Shown: positions 48,848 to 63,500 of the stretch, in pieces
Layout of the letters: the number at the start of each line of letters is the position of its first letter
How positions within the stretch are numbered: the first letter of the stretch is position 1
Translations under genes and position numbers: made by a program
Notes under the pieces: model-generated
Told to the model about the DNA's origin: nothing
The model's input: the letters and a program-made list of their open reading frames with translations, nothing else
Database searches by the model: none
Assembly (NCBI GenBank): GCA_964106645.2
Contig: OZ067047.1
Strand: one strand, 5' to 3'
DNA from: Podarcis pityusensis
Lineage: Eukaryota
Length of the DNA stretch: 64,000 nucleotides

Positions 48848-49654
48848 CCTTATACATTGCCACAGCATGATACACTAAGTAGTGGAGTAAGCAAAGTGTT
48901 TTATTTGAGGGATCCTGAACGCAGAGCTTGACTACCAAATGCAATCGAAGAGTCACAACACAGGCTTATTTTGCTGCTGTTGTTCTTGTGAGACGCAGCC
49001 TCTTTTATGAGAGTGGGGAGGATTACTTCTGTTCAGTGGTTTTTAATGCCAAGTATGTGCCACATGCTGTACAGAATGTAGAAATGACTTGGAATGTGTT
49101 TGCGCTCTCCATGCGCAATGGGCTGGGTAGTTGGGCTGCAGCCATGTTGTGTGCACAGCAGTACATGATGGCACAGAAGAACCTGAAGCCATCTGCTCCT
49201 CCCTTTAGCGCATGAAGCGCCCGAGGTTCCACTTATGTGTGCCGTGCCTGCCAGGAGCAGAAATGAGGAATTGGGGGCCTTGTGGCTGAAGCTGTCATCG
49301 CTGAGTGGCAAACGAGAGGAGAATGCTGGCCCAGCAAACTCCTCCTCCCAGCACATGGGGCCTTTCTGCAAACAGAGCAGCTTTGCAGCCCATGATTCTT
49401 CTCAAGGAGCCCAAGAAAGTCAAATGGAGGAGGAACATGGAAAACAAATGCGTAGACAGGCAGTAAGAATTGGGCAGGGAAGGGCTCACCAGTTTTGGAG
49501 AATTCTTGAAGTTTGGTGGGGAGATGAGCTTTTGCATAGCGCACAAGAAATTGTTTTAGACAGTAGGGTGCAGTATAGTGCGAGGGAGTTGGAAGAAGGG
49601 AGAGAGGTTCCTGGACACAGGTGAACTTTAACAGAGCAAGTAAAGACGGGCATA

Positions 49655-49904
49655 CAGTCGTACCTTGGTTGACGAATGCCTTGCGATTCAGACGTTTTGG
49701 CTCCCGAACGCCGCAAACCCAGAAGCGAGTGTTCCGGTTTGCAAACGTTCTTTGGAACTCGAACGCCCGATGCAGCTTCAGCGGCTTCTGATTGGCTGCA
49801 GGATCTTCCTGCAGCCAATCGGAAGCTGAACCTTGGTTTCCAAATGCTTTGGAAGTCGAACAGGCTTCCGGAACAGATTCCGTTTGACATCCAAGGTACC
49901 ACTG
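49655..49904. mobile_element. Tc1/mariner-pogo-type MITE (related family)
   Basis: CAGTCGTACCTTGG...CCAAGGTACCACTG; inverted relative at 53882-54122. Confidence 0.8.
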
Positions 49905-51611
49905 TGGTAAGGTGGATTGAACAGGGTTATCCTTCTAGGGTCATGGGTGGTGGGGAAGAGTCTTTTGCACAAAATAAAATACTGTAGGCTTTTTTAAAAA
50001 AGATCCTAGACTGTGACACTGGACCTGCTTTTGGTACACAGAGAATGCACATTGCTAATCCATCCCCCTTTCTAGAAATTTTCTAGTGCACATTTAAGGC
50101 TTATTGTTGCCAAGGAGACCATGAAGGCTAGGAATGAGAGAAGAGTGAAGACGTGCTTCCTTTTTGGGGGGGCTGGCTACATAAAAGATGTGAGGTGACA
50201 AGCTGAAACTGTAATTACCAATGGTTCAGACAAGGAAAACAGTGGTATTTTAAGAGCGGAGACAAGACAAAAATGAAGGAACAAAATAGGAGGGGCATGG
50301 CTGGGGGGAAAGGAAATTGAGTTTAGGGCCACTTAGAGTTTAATTTCAGTTATAGGGTAAAATCTTAGTGAAGACAAAGGACTTTTAGTTCTGATTGCTT
50401 TCAGTGAGAGAGATTTAAGCATGTGCTTAACTGCAATATTGTGTATGTCTAAGGCTGCAGTCTTCTGCTCTTAGTGAAACCAGTGTTACTTAGCAATCTT
50501 AATGGTGCAATCTAATATATGTCTGCTCAAAATTAAGGCTGAGTTCAGTGATAGTTACTCCCAGCTATGTGATTACAGGATTGAAACCCCATTTTTACTG
50601 GTTTGACACCTGTTGGTTTTAATTCTCAGTAGTTCGTTCCTACATAGTAGATTTTAACAAAATATTTCTAATTTAATATCAAGTGTCTCTTCTTTTAAAC
50701 AATATGCTTGGGTTTCTTTTTCTGGTTTCATTTTTTAATAGATAGGTTATAGCAGAGATGCTTTGTGGATTGCCTTAGTAACCTAACCTGCTTTCAAGAA
50801 TATATTGCTTTTAAATATGAGAAGTATCCTAGTAGGGAGATTAATAAAGTTGAGCAAGATTTGTTTGCAGAAGTCACTTTATGCATCTAAGAGCCTGTAT
50901 GGCTCTTAGCTACTCATGCGGGAAATATTTTGCTGGTTGTGGGAAGTGGCAGAGTGTTATCTGGGGAATCGAAACCTTGTTTTCCAGTCCCTGGGAATCT
51001 TGCTCAGATCTGTCTCTGACTTCTGAGATTTGACTAGGCAACTATCACACACTACAGCTTCTGTACATCTCCTGAACTTCTGTCTAATTGCAGACGTGCT
51101 TCAAAAGGTTCTGAGCAGCACACTGTCATAACATAAAGAGACTTTTTTCAAAAAATTAAGGCAATGAGGAAAGTTGGTCTCCTACGTTACGTTAATTAAA
51201 ACACATGTGCCCAAAGAAATTACAGCTGGCTACACAGGGTGAGCTGAGGTTGCTGTGTAATTGCACTATGTAATAGACCTAACACTTCAGCATAGAAAAA
51301 GCTTTGGGGAATATAGTTCATAAGGGGGAAAGCACATGCAACAACCCCTGTCGTGCTGTCTCTTTAATATTGCATATATCCCTACTCTTGCTGCTGGTCC
51401 CAAGCCAGGATTCCCTCCTCCGAGGGGTGACCAGCTGGCCGTTGTTGTAGCAGCTGAATCATGAATTTGCAAGGGGCGGGTGGTAAGAACAGAGCAAATG
51501 GAACACAAGATGGATACCTATCTCTGAGGGAAGTCTGTGAAGAAGAGTCCTGTTTTGCTATAGGAATCTATTTTGTAGGACCCAATTTTGATTTTCTAGC
51601 TTTCTAAGGTA

Positions 51612-51813
51612 CAGTGGTACCTCGGGTTACAAACACTTCGGGTTACAGACTCTGCTAACGCGGAAGTAGTACCTCGGGTTAAGAACTTTACCTCAAGATG
51701 GGAACAGAAATCACGCGGCAGCGGGGGGAGGCCCCATTAGCTAAAGTAGTACCTCAGGTTAAGAACGCTTTCAGGTTAAGAACTAATTAAGTTCGTAACC
51801 AGAGGTAGCACTG
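51612..51813. mobile_element. Tc1/mariner-pogo-type MITE
   Basis: TA|CAGTGGTACCTC...GAGGTAGCACTG|TA. Confidence 0.88.
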
Positions 51814-53881
51814 TATTGTGCGTTTTCTGGTGCATACGCAACCTGGTTTGGATGAATGTAAACAGAGGGTGTGGAATTCAAGACAGTCCCACAGAAGCTG
51901 TCTCAAGTAGCCGAAACTTCCTCCATCCTTTGTATTTGTTAACTGCCCGGTGCAGGATGGGTGATATCTGCAGCATGTGCTCCACACTTTACTTGCCTTG
52001 CCCAGTATATGTATGCAATCCTCTCCCAGAGGTAGATTTCTGAAAGCCCACCGGACTGGAGAAATTTCTCTTACATTGGACCTGTGCATCCTAAATAAAC
52101 TTCTTACAGCTGGATCCTATGCGTGTTTTACTTGGAAGAGAGTCCTACAAATTTCAGGAGCGCTTACTTCCTTGTAAATATACATAGAATCGAAGCCTTA
52201 ATTTTGAGATCCTCTCAGATTGGTGAATTTGCAGGCCAGGAACCTCTCCCCATGAGGTTTGCAGTTAGCGCATGCTACTGTGCGGTTTAGGCATCGGAGA
52301 ATGAGGGAATTGAGGAGGGCATATTATCTCAACCACATATTTCCATCTCTAGTTTTCCTCCTCTAGAGATGGTTGTAGTCAGCAGGAGATTGCACCAGAT
52401 ACTGGGTGAGAGTTGGTCAAAATTCATCAGAGCATATCAGTCCAAAAGGGCATATTGATGGAATGATGAAGTAAATGTAGCCTTGCAAGTTACTATCCTG
52501 CCATATTTAAATTTTAAAATGGCTTTGATGCAGGGAATTCTGGCCTCAGGCTTAAGAAAACACTGTTGTTGCTGTGTATGTTTAAAAAAGACCTCTTCTG
52601 GGATTGCAAAATAGCGTTTAGAAAAAGCCTAAAAGATGGGAACTTTTTAAAAAAGAAACCCCATGATGTTTCTTTGAAGCAGCACAAAGAAAAATACAAG
52701 GGGGGGAGGAATCAGAGGAGCTTTTCTTTCCTCACTTTCCTTCAGATTCTGATTGACCAAAGACCAAGCAAATTTCTTTTTGCCTAAACTGGCAGGCACC
52801 TATTTACAAGAAAGCTGTGCAGCACTTTGCAAGGAAACATGCCTCCACCCTTCTTTATGTTGAGCCAGGGTTTGCTAGAACTTAGGCCCAAGCCTTTATT
52901 TTTAACTGCCAGGGCTAAGCCCAAGAAGGACGAGATGGCCTCTAAGCATTACTCAAGCTCCTCATTCTCTGATGGAATAGTCCAGTATATAGTCTGAAGG
53001 CAGGTGACGCCACCACTTTTCTTAAAGCAATGTAGGCCTGGATCAGTGACTGCCTGGGAGCCCCATGTGCACCAACAGGACATGAATGTAAAGATGACGA
53101 TGGTTAATTTTGCATAGTTCTCAGACTTCATACAAAGGCAATTTTGAGACTGTTTTCTCTTAATAAGATAGTTCAGACATGCTGCTGCTTAAGAAGATGC
53201 AACTAGCCAGTGAGCACATGAACACTTAGCTCTATGACTCAAGCTCGGAGCAAGGAAAATATAAACAGGAAGAGATAAGATCTCCTTCCGAAGAAACATG
53301 TGTCAAGCCTAACAAACTGCTAACTTAGCTTAATTTATTGAGTATTTATTAGGCACGGAAAGCATACAAGCAGCAGTACTCTCTTGCAAAAGGCTTTGCA
53401 AGAGGCTTCTGACTGGGCGCTGACTAAGATGGGTAATTGCAGAGGCCAATTAATGCAGAAATGACCATGTTTAGATGATTTTTTTTTTAAGTGTTGTACT
53501 TCTTGGGAATGTGCTATAAATAAGGGGCTCTGAGTCACCACATGGTTACCTGAGGACAGCTTCCAGTTGCCAGTGGTGACCAGGCTCCTTCTTAACAACA
53601 GTTGTCAGTACTTGGGTATAAACTGTTCTGCTGTCCCTTCATGACTTAAGAAAAAGAGAGGGCAGTGTGAGCTTACCTGAAAGGAATTTGAAAATGGTCA
53701 CATTAAATGTCAACCGTACAACTTTTCTTCATGGGTGCACATTGGGAAGAGGCAAAGAACTTCAGAAAAATTGTATTTATGACCAATAACATTCATTTAC
53801 TTATTGCAGAATACTTATATCCCATTTTATAACCCCCAAAGGTGCTCTAAGCATTTTAAAAAAGATTCTGAAAATAGAATA

Positions 53882-54122
53882 CAGTGGTACCTTGGTTCTC
53901 AAACTTAATCCGTTCCGGGAGTCTGTTCGATTCCCAAACTGTTCGAAAACCAAGGTGCGGCTTCCGGTTGGCTGCAAATGCTTCCTGCACTCAAGCAGAA
54001 GCTGTATTGGACGTTCAGCTTATGAAAAACGTTTGCAAACTGGAACATTTACTTCAAAGTTTGCAACGTTTGGGAGCCGATTTGTTCAACAACTAAGCCG
54101 TTTGGGAACCAAGGTGCCACTG
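53882..54122. mobile_element. Tc1/mariner-pogo-type MITE
   Basis: TA|CAGTGGTACCTTGGTTC...GAACCAAGGTGCCACTG|TA. Confidence 0.85.
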
Positions 54123-54684
54123 TACTCAGATCTGGTAGAGGAACAGAAATGGTGACCAGATGGAGACCAGATGAAGCCAGGATTGTTCAGAATTCATATA
54201 CTGCCATTGTACTTGGTTTTCCCTGGTGCTGTATGAGGCAGCAGCACCACTAAGAACTTCTGAGGCATTAAGTAGCTAGAAGTCCCTTAGTCCTTCCTTG
54301 TTGGAAACAAAGATGAGTGGGGCATCAACTAGAACTCACTCAACCCATAATGATTGGCTTTTCTATGTTTTTAGCAGTTCTTGTTTTTATCTGTAAGCCA
54401 CCTTGAGTCCCATCAGGGGGAAAAGCAGGGTATATAGTAGTAGTAGTAGTAGTAATAATAATAATAATAAATTTTATTAATATTATAATGGGGGTCAGGT
54501 GGGGAGGACTCATCCTCTTTTCCTGGCAGTTTTGAGGCAGCAGCTAAACTCAGCCCACACCAAAGGGCAGAGCAGGAGTTAGAGAAGCATTCCTTCATGT
54601 ATTACCCAATGGAAACATGAATCCACTGCCCTAAAACGTGCTGATAACTACAACCTTAGACCCCTTGGAAAGGGTTTAGAGTAG

Positions 54685-55021
54685 AGAATCATAGAATCAT
54701 AGAGTTGGAAGAGACCACAAGGGCCATCAATTCCAACCCCCTGCCAAGCAGGAAACACCATCAGAGCACTCCTGACATATGGTTGTCAAGCCTCTGCTTA
54801 AAGACCTCCAAAGAAGGAGACTCCACCACACTCCTTGGCAGCAAATTCCACTGTCGAACAGCTCTTACTGTCAGGAAGTTCTTCCTAATGTTTAGGTGGA
54901 ATCTTCTTTCTTGTAGTTTGGATCCATTGCTCCGTGTCCGCTTCTCTGGAGCAGCAGAAAACAACCTTTCTCCCTCCTCTATGTGACATCCTTTTATATA
55001 TTTGAAAATGGCTATCATATC
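54685..55021 (-). mobile_element. CR1 LINE 3' fragment
   Basis: DMIAIFKYIKGCHIEEGERLFS...RFHLNIRKNFLTVRAVRQWNLLPRSVVESPSLEVFKQRLD; (ATTCTATG)n tail. Confidence 0.92.
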
Positions 55022-55514
55022 ACAAGGGCAACCTGTGACCCTCCGGATGTTGCTCACCTCCAACTCTTGTCAGCCCCAGCCAGCAGAGCCAATGTTCGGG
55101 GTGACAGGCATTGTTGTTGACCAAAAACATACAGAGGACCGCAGGTTCTCATCCCTGGTTTAGACTAATTTGTGAAGGGTCTATCAACAGCTGTGATAGC
55201 TAGATGGATGGTCCATATTTAGAGGCAGTATACCATTGAACACCAGCCAGTCAGGTTCAGTAGAGCTTTTATTTATTTACAGCATTGATTGAGGCTGCCC
55301 AATAACCATCTCTGTATGATTTACAAAACCTTTCAAGACAAGACAGATTCACAGCATGGCCAAAAATCATCAGCATGTAAACAGTGGGTTACAATTCAAA
55401 ACTTTAAAATCACAGTTTTTAGACTGCTAGGAGAATTTTTAAAAATACCTTATCTGGTACCCAAAACAACCAGGTGAGTCTTGCTAGGGAGGATATTTCA
55501 CAACTGAGAAGCCC

Positions 55515-55574
55515 CTCTCTCTTTCTCTTTCTCTTTCTCTTTCTCTTTCTCTTTCTCTTTCTCTTTCTCTTTCT
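55515..55574. repeat. (CTCTTT)n microsatellite
   Basis: About 9 units, directly visible. Confidence 0.9.
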
Positions 55575-55731
55575 GGTTGCCATCTCTCTTTATTTGATGT
55601 TGGGGGCACCCAGAGCCGGACCTCTGAAGTAGATGCTCACATGGATCCACTTGTAAACTGCAGCATGCTTTTAAGGCTTCAGAAATACATTAAGCTGAGG
55701 TAGTGCTAATGGTTTGATTTTGATTTCGCAG

Positions 55732-55835
55732 GTTCCAGCAAGATGTGGAGTTACAGTCCGTGACAGTTTAAAGAAAGCTTTGATGATGAGAGGTCTCATC
55801 CCAGAGTGCTGTGCAGTTTACCGAATACAGGATGG
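55732..55835 (+). CDS. BRAF: BRAF exon 4 (104 nt, Ras-binding domain)
   Basis: [35 protein letters not shown]; tttcgcag| and |gtatgg. Confidence 0.97.
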
Positions 55836-56774
55836 GTATGGTTTGTATGTAGTATGGTTTGGGGTAGGAGTTGAAGAGGGAATGATTGCTAAAGTGATTC
55901 TTTCTGGGTGTTTTAAGTGCATGAATAATCAAGATAAAAACAATTCACTTCATATTTTAAACAAATTGTTTTCCAAAGCATAGGCAAAATCTCACTCTAT
56001 GCCCCTTAGCAGTGGTTGTGGGTTGAGGGTGGGAGAGAATCCTTTTCTTTGTTCCTGCTAGTAGATTTGCTCACAGTGCTCTCTCTTGTATACTAGCAGC
56101 CTTGTACCCCGTGTTTCTCAGTGTTTCTAAGAAACCAAAAACATATGTGCAGTTTTGAAAGGTTCACTCCACCATCTTGATTCAAAACAGTACCCATTTG
56201 TATCCAAACATAGGAGAAAACCTGCTTCTTGATCTCACAAATTATCATTCAATATTTGGTTATGGCATCTGAAGAGGTGTCCTAATGCATACAAACAACT
56301 TCAGAAAATATATAGTAGATAGTTAGCAGCTTCCCAGTTGCTTCCCTTTGGTTTTTCTGTATAAACTGTGCCCTTCTCATTAACTAAACTTTTTGTAGAG
56401 TTTTTAAATAGTGGAGGCAAATACCCGAGAAATATTCTTTACCTAGCAAAACAATGAGGTTTACTTTAGGTTCTGGAACTCAAGAGCCATCCATTCTTTA
56501 ATGCTGTGTATCAGGGATGGGAGATTTGTGGCCCTCCAGATGTTGTTGGTCTCCAGCTTCTAGCAGCCCTATCTGACATGACCATCAGCAAGTGGGATGG
56601 GAGCTGTAGCCATAACATCTGCAGGGCAAAAAGTTCTTCATTCCTGCATTAGATCTTGTGATCTGAATTGCGGGAGAGAGTTAAGTCTCTATCTTGTAAT
56701 TTGCAGCACAGTTAATTGTGATAAATCCATGCTAACTTCTTGCCATTTGAAGCTTCTAGCGACTGAAGGCTTAA

Positions 56775-57083
<309 letters not shown>

Positions 57084-58698
57084 TAGTGCCTTCATTATGT
57101 ATCTTTAGGCGCCAAGGGAAAACATTCCTCTTCTCCCAGGACTTTGGCTAATTAAACGGTCTATGGCCTTTTAAACAGTTATGTATTTTTGTGGGGTTTT
57201 TTACTGTAAACTGCCTTGGAATTCTCTGCTGGAGAGCAATATATAAATGAAATAAATTAAAAAATTGTTTTCACAGAATAAATTGCTGTGCCATGGGCAT
57301 AGACAGCTGCTGCTTTTGAGTAGAATATTTGTGTTTTATACAACACATTTCCCCTTCGCTACAGCCACCTTCTTACATGTGTACACACCTGATAGCCATT
57401 TGTACATTTCAGCAAACTCAGTATATTAAAAAAAAACTTTTCCCCCCATATACAAGTTTGTCTTCCTAGTCTCCTAGAGGCAATTCTCACTCACCACAGG
57501 CAAGCAGACAAGTATCTTCTTCCAAGCCTGGTTAAGCCACATTGTGAAATGCAGATTGGGGTGAATTGTATGCAACGTTGTACTTATTGCTGAGTGGAGG
57601 TTCTACCTCTAGATGAATCTACAGTACTTCTAGGTGAATAATGGTGAGACTATAGGCGTAATCTGTATGATGAGGGTAAATCAATGGCTCAAATGTATTT
57701 AGAATCTTGTTTTAAAGTGGGATCTGGACGAGATGACCTTTAGTTCGTTTTGCATGCTTATTTTAATCATGCAGTCTGCTTCCATATCATTGTAATCTCA
57801 AGGCTGAAGCCATAATTGCAGGAAGAATTATGTAAATTGTCCATGATTGAGAGCAATTTACTTGTCATTAAATAAAGTGTGGCTCTTTAGAAATAGCAGC
57901 ATTCTCATGGGGAATTTAATAAAATGCCTATGTGAACCAGATTTTTAAATACACCGGAGCATGAAAGAGCAGCAAAATCTGCTTGTTATATATTATTGTG
58001 TTATGAAAAGAATGTATTTGGTGATCTCCTGCTTGCTGCACACCAGCAGGCAACTAATAAACCTGTTACAGAGTTGTGCTGGTCGCATCAGTGATGCCAG
58101 CGCTGAGAGACAACCTGACCTAAGGAATGACAATTTAAGTGGAATCTGGTGGAAGCAAATTATCTGGATGGCTTTTTCACCAAAGGACTTCTGTGTCTTA
58201 GGTTTATTATATGGAGAGGCCTTCTTAAAAATACAGCTTTGGTACTTCATTTTTGTTTCATTCACTGGAACCCAAGGAGGATAGTTGCATAAAAATGCTC
58301 TGGATAGCATCCTCTTAAAGTATTTTGTCTATTTTATTTGCTTTAAGTAGACATTGCTACCTAACCTGCCTTTCGCATTCTACCAATTTTAAATCTTTTC
58401 AGATTCTGCTAAATAAAATGTGCAGATCTCTAAACCTTTGATATAACTTTTCTACTTGAGTACTTCAGCTATAATGATTTTTAAAAGAAACGCACCCTCA
58501 TTTTATTGTTTGATAAAAAACAAAAACAGTGCCCAGAGCTTAGATAGAACTTGGCAAATGTGCAAATGTTAGTTGCTAGCTATGGTAGGTGGAACTCTGC
58601 AAGAGCAGGGAGCTCTCTGCTCCCCTTGTGTAGCTAGAAATGGGGAGGCTTTGCCTGGTATGGTATTATATCATTTACATGGACCTTACTCTTCACAA

Positions 58699-59052
58699 GG
58701 GACTCGGGTGGCGCTATGGGTTAAACCACAGAGCCTTGGGCTTGCCGATTGGAAGGTCGGTGGTTCGAGTCCCCGCGATGGGGTGAGCTCCCGTTGTTCG
58801 GTCCCAGCTCTTGCCAACCTAGCCGTTCGAAAGCACGCCAAAGTGCAAGTAGATAAATAGGTACCGCTCTGGCGGGAAGGTAAATGGTGTTTCCGTGCGC
58901 TGCTCTGGTTCGCCAGAAGCGGCTTAGTTATGCTGGCCACATGACCTGGAAGCTGTACGCCGGCTCCCTCGGCCAATAAAGCAAGATGAGCGCCGCAACC
59001 CCAGAGTGGGCCACAACTGGACCTAATGATCAGGGGTCCCTTTACCTTTATC
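58699..59052 (+). mobile_element. Sauria SINE
   Basis: Full length; TSD TACTCTTCACAA at 58687-58698 and 59053-59064. Confidence 0.92.
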
Positions 59053-59544
59053 TACTCTTCACAAACTGCTCCAGAAGGAAGACAGTTTTCACTAGGTTAC
59101 CTTGCACATGTGATGGTTCTCTGTTTGAAAACTCAGGAGCCATTTTCTTTCATAAACTGTTTCTTGGTAAAATTGCCATAGAAACGTGAAATGTAAAGTT
59201 GCATGAAGGCAGGCGCAAAACAAGAAGGGGCAGATCTCCAGGCATCAATGAAAATTGAGTTACTGCTTTGTAAACACAAATGTGTATTAAAGGATTTGTA
59301 TTGCACTTAATATGCACTAAATTATTATTACACACAATAGAACTGTGGGGGTTCTTCTGTCAGTTAAATTAGCAAACCGTTTGTCAGGATTACAGCTCTC
59401 TTTTCGGTCATAGGGCTTTTAGAGTAATACCTTCGATGTAACTTAAAAGGAGCTTGAATCGGCCCTTTTCCGACGAGATGACATTGCAGTTTTAGCGGGC
59501 GCGAGAGGGCCTTGTTTCTCATGCCTGCTTTCTTGATGGCATAG

Positions 59545-59694
<150 letters not shown>

Positions 59695-61568
59695 TAAGTA
59701 ATCAAAACTTCTCTGCGGTTTAAATGCTCTTTTTCTGAATCCGCACACATAAGCGGTCACAACAGCACACGAGTGTATTGTACTGATATTGCCACGGTGG
59801 CGTCCTTTGTATGCAAAGGGGACGTCTCTCCTCCTAGGCTGCCTCTCCCACAGAATTAGACAAATGTGGCTAGTATGCCCTGTGCTCCAGAGAGCCCATA
59901 AATGAAAGCTTTAAGCATGACCTACACAGTCTGACAGTCACAGTTATCGCAGTATAATGTGCCTGTGCTTTAAATGCAGTGTAGGCCAAGTTATGCGGTA
60001 GGGTGTCTGCCCATGAGTCTTTGCACCGTAGCCACTGTTTTTCTTTGCTGGCACAATAGGACCAAGCCGTTGGTTGTCCCTTGAAGCTTTCTGTGTGAAC
60101 TAGGATTATCTTTGGCAAAAGTAATTCAAAAGTTCAAGAAAGGAGTCTAAGGCAGTAAAAGTGTGGTGGGAGACCTCACAGGGTTTTGATTTCTTAAAGA
60201 ATAAAATACAAGCTTTAAAAACCAGTTCAGCTACTATACTTTGGTCCCAAAGGGGAAGGATTGTGCCTCATATTCATATGTAGACTCTTGTACTTGACTA
60301 TAGAAAATGAAATCAAATTATCCTCATAAAGTAACTGACTACTTGTTTTGTTGCTGCCAAGTTGGAAAACAAAACTTTAAGTAGCAGTTTTTATGCCCCA
60401 TCTATAATACCATTTCACAAAAGGTTTTCTACCTTTTGTTGGATACTGACTGTAGGGTAACCCACAAAGTCTCTCTTTTTGGCCTAGCAGCAGTGAAAAT
60501 CCGGATGAGTTATTAAAGAGATTGCAGTCGACTACTTTGAGGATGTTCTTATTTAGCCATAATTGTTCTTAATGGCTATTTTTTTAAAAAAAATCTGTAT
60601 TAAATTTCACCCTTTCAACATGTGTTATATATACTACATATATATATTTATGCAGAATTTTTAAGATGTGGGTTTTATACATGATTCTAGGTAGTAACAA
60701 GATTTTATGCAGTATTTTATACTACTGGTTTGTGTACTGTACCCAATCCACCTTATATGTGAACAGCCTATGGCCCAAGCACTGATAAACTACTACACGA
60801 GGCTTTTCTCTTATTTAATGATCAGAGATTGGTGAAACCATTTTAAAAATGCTCATATGGCAGAGATCTTTGAGATGTATTGTTTCCGAACAGATTTGCT
60901 TCTTGCTTATCTCCATATTTTTGAGAAACGACTTCTGAATTGCTTGTCTGCATTTAGAAGCCGCTTCTTAATATTGCTTGAATACCATTTCAAAGAATTG
61001 ACTGTATGTTAGTGTAGAACGTAGATGTTATGCTTTGGGCCACAGGCCCAAAATGGCAGCCCTGTTTGAAGCCAGCCCCTTTTCCCCCTCCAAATAAAGC
61101 CGGCGTACTTAGCCAGGTTGTGGTGATGTCACATTGTGTTCTCCTGATAGGAAGAGGAGGTGGGGAAATGCAATTTTAAGTTTATTATAGTGGCAAATGT
61201 GCCAGAATGTTTTGGGGAGTACTGGAATAACTGGACAGGGAGCTGCCCCCCCCCCCTTTTTATAGCAAAATCCCTTTTGGAAGTGAAGCATTGCAATACA
61301 TGGAAAAGCAGGACACAGCTTACACCTCACAGAAGTAAGTGTCCTGCCATTATATTACAATGCTAAGAACTGATCTAAATAAAATGTTTCGAATCTCTGA
61401 CATTTGACTTTCCTGCTTTACTGTTACAAAACTGTAGTGTCACCTTTCAACGTCTTTTCTCTTGGAAACATGTAATTTAACCTATGATGTTTTCTTCCTC
61501 ATACGTTTTACGTTGTGAAACTTCTGGGTCTTGCCCAAGTTAGGTTTTTCTTTGTTTTTGCCTCACAG

Positions 61569-61685
61569 TTTGCTGTTTGTCTCCAAGTTCTTTGAACATC
61601 ACCCAATACCGCAAGAGGAGGCCTCCTTAGAGACGACCCCAGTATCCGGATCATACACTTCAGTGGCCCCCTCAGATTCGCCTGG
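61569..61685 (+). CDS. BRAF: BRAF exon 7 (117 nt)
   Basis: [38 protein letters not shown](G); cctcacag| and |gtatgc; the gene continues beyond the window. Confidence 0.95.
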
Positions 61686-62659
61686 GTATGCTCTTAAATC
61701 CTGCTGTTCTAATAATAATGTGGGTTTGTAGTTTCTGAAAGGGAGGCTTGGGATTCAGGAGGAGGGGAACTGGGTGTCTACACTCATTTATATCAATATA
61801 ATGAATAGAAATTAAGTGATTTTTATACAAGGGCTTAAGAAAATAGCGATGATAATAATGAGGAAAACTTTGTGAAGCATTTATTCATCCTTACTCATCT
61901 GTTTGTTCTGGCCTCGGTTACAGTACTGCTGTTTACTGCTTGCTCTAGATGCTTCGGCTTAAACAGTTTGCGCAACAAAGGTCAGCTTTGGCATGGGAAA
62001 CCTCTCTTTCTTTCAAAGGGATCTGATTTGTATAAGCAGAAGTTGTTGGGAGGTTGCTATTGTAGCATTCTACATTGGCCCAAAGTGGAGCTTGAGTGCT
62101 TTTCCTTCCCAAGTTTTGTTTGTGAGTAGATTGCTCCCCTGACACAATGGCTGTGTTCACAAATCACAGTTTAACATGACACGCATGAACCACTGGGAAG
62201 TTCAGGAATGCTTCACCTCTGTCTCCTCCTCCTCCTTAGCCAGGAGGACAATTTTGGAAGCATTTATTTCTGGTTTTAGTTAACCTCAATTCCAGATCCG
62301 GACACCACAGAAAACTGGTTAGCACTTCACAGTGTTTAGCTTAGGTATGTACTTCTGTATGTGATAGGCCTGCCCTCTCATACAAACCTTTTGCAACTGT
62401 GTCTTTACTTAACATTTTGCATGTACCCTAATAGGGTCCATATTTGAGGTGCAGGGCTGATGCCATCATTCATCTTTCTGGTTCATCATTTTGGACACCA
62501 TGAATGGTGTTGTGTGTGTGTTTGTAGACTTATTTTGAGGTAAATTTCTATCCTACCTTTCCATTTCCAAAGAAGTGCTCAAGTTGACTCGCCTAAATAG
62601 TCAGTAAAACAATTTATAAAAAAGCACACTCCAGAGTAAAAAATAATTCTTTTATTTAT

Positions 62660-63500
62660 TGTCTTTATCAAATTTACGTCCTACCCTTCCACCCATTGGA
62701 GCCCAGGGCAGCAAACATCTCTGAAATGAAAATGTGGCTTAAAAACAACAGCAAAATATCTGAAACGTTTAAAAACTGCTAAAAACAACGAAATACAACA
62801 GCACCTGTAACCAAGCATGCACTTGAATAAAAACAGAAACATTTTAAGTAGATGTCTGAAAGAATACAGTGATGGGTCTTGCCTAATATCATTTGGCAAG
62901 GTGTTTCCAAGCACTAAATGTCTGACTCTTGACAAATGTAGAATGAAGATTGTGATGCACCTTTAGAAGTGCAAGTTCTGCGCATCAGAGTTATACCTGA
63001 AGTAAACTGGTCCCAACCTGTTAAGGGCTTTATATACCAATGGTAACCCCTTGAACTTGGACCAGTGGTGATCTGGCAACTAGTGCAGATCTTTGAGCAC
63101 AGGTGTAATCTGCTGACACTCACTCCTATAAGTGATTGTACTGCAACATGTTGCACTAACTTGCCGTTTCCAGACTGAGCACAAGGGAAGCCCCAGCAGA
63201 GTGGCATTGTAGTAGTCCTATCTTTAAGCTACCGATGCCTGAACTGCTGTGGTTATGCTGCCCCCCAGTCCAGGAACAGTCACAGTTGTCTTACTAGCTG
63301 AAGTCTGTGGAAAAAAAAGAAGTAACAAAACAAAGTTCTTACAAAGCATTTAAAGTAGCAGAGAGCCACAGATTTGGTCTTCAGCTGAGGACAAAATACA
63401 GGTGAAGAGAAGCCAACCAAGGAAGCCAGTTCCGTATTCTGTGATATTAGCCAGGGTTGGGGCAGGATTTGTAGCAGTTGTCTGAAGCGCAGACAGCCAT
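62660..63500 (-). mobile_element. Old L2-clade LINE fragment
   Basis: Degenerate minus-strand peptides (NTLPNDIRQDPSLYSFRHLLKMFLF; KLVQHVA); boundaries approximate. Confidence 0.6.
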
